From Chrysomallon squamiferum (taxonomy: Eukaryota > Animalia > Mollusca), in assembly GCA_012295275.1 (NCBI GenBank), contig CM022667.1, positions 12,462,001 through 12,526,000 on the forward strand: DNA of 64,000 nucleotides, written 5' to 3'. The translations under genes and the position numbers were made by a program. The notes beneath the pieces are model-generated. The model worked only from the letters and a program-made list of their open reading frames with translations, ran no database searches and was not told the DNA's origin. Within the stretch, counting starts at the first letter, position 1. The number at the start of each line of letters is the position of its first letter. Positions 63,111 through 64,000 of this stretch are shown here, piece by piece.

Positions 63111-63712
63111 GTAACAAGAGCAGTGCAATAATAACAGAAATGTTAAAATGTTAAAATGAGTGCAGATTTTTTACAAATAACTGGTCCCTGAACCGGATCC
63201 TCTTAAAGAGACAGTTCAGGCACTCGATACACTCACTGGGACTCGTTCTGTCATCCCTGGATATCTTTCATATCAAATTTATTTAATAAAATCTCGTTCA
63301 TTCTAGGCAGTGTGCCTGTATATCAAAATCATTCATCTGTGACACACGCTGTTCGTGACAGGAACACGACAAAAGGTATATAGATTGACACGCTTCGCTG
63401 ACTGTTTTGGTGTCTGGTTCTCTGGCCTAATTTTAATATCACTTGTAAACGATATGAATAAGATGTTTTGCAGTGTAAAATTTCTCCAGTAATAATAAAA
63501 AAATTGTTCGTAGTTCAGTCGAACCTCCCCGTGATTATTAACGAAATAGAATAATGATAAAAATATGTGTTTAGAGCTTTGAAGCGAATACTGTGTCGTA
63601 CCTACGAACTCTGTTTTACGAATTTTAGTATTTTATTATACTAGTTATGGTTCTGTATAAAAAAAAAATAAAAATGAAAATATTTAAAGTTTAAATAATC
63701 ACTTTTTGGGGG

Positions 63713-63762
<50 letters not shown>

Positions 63763-63840
63763 TTAAAGCAACACATTTTACTGAAATTCCATCTAGTAGT
63801 TATTTATTTTTTTGAATTATTATTATTATTATTATTATTA

Positions 63841-63882
<42 letters not shown>

Positions 63883-64000
63883 TTATTTTTATTATTATTA
63901 AATAATATAGTTATTTACGTATTTTATTTATTTTTTTTTTTTTGTTTGTTTGTTGGTTTGTTTGTTTGAACGTCCGTTCATTAATGTATTCATTTTGTTT

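Overview
AT-rich, microsatellite-dense eukaryotic genomic DNA with spliceosomal introns; metazoan, probably an invertebrate such as a mollusc (inference from composition and gene content only). Most ORF-track entries are translations of simple repeats. Reading splice sites by hand gives four genes. (1) The last two coding exons of an unidentified + strand gene (1..605). (2) An 11-exon minus-strand NWD1/NWD2-like STAND NTPase (N-terminal DUF4062/TIR-like region, NACHT, WD40; 4245..18606). It starts MGISCS (myristoylation/palmitoylation signal) and has a GC-AG intron, a one-base frame discontinuity in exon 4, an intronic inverted copy of the exon-5 splice acceptor, and an upstream RFX X-box/CRE/CCAAT cluster. 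(3) A 4-coding-exon minus-strand UNC-93-like MFS protein with a ~330 aa acidic N-terminal extension (29343..37551). (4) A 12-exon minus-strand SLC7 light-chain amino acid transporter, b(0,+)AT/SLC7A9-like (51130..58022), whose exon 4 is corrupted by indels. Small MITEs, transposon-like remnants and minisatellites are also present. No rRNA, tRNA or CRISPR array was seen. The most unusual object is the NWD-like locus; its frameshift may simply be an assembly error.
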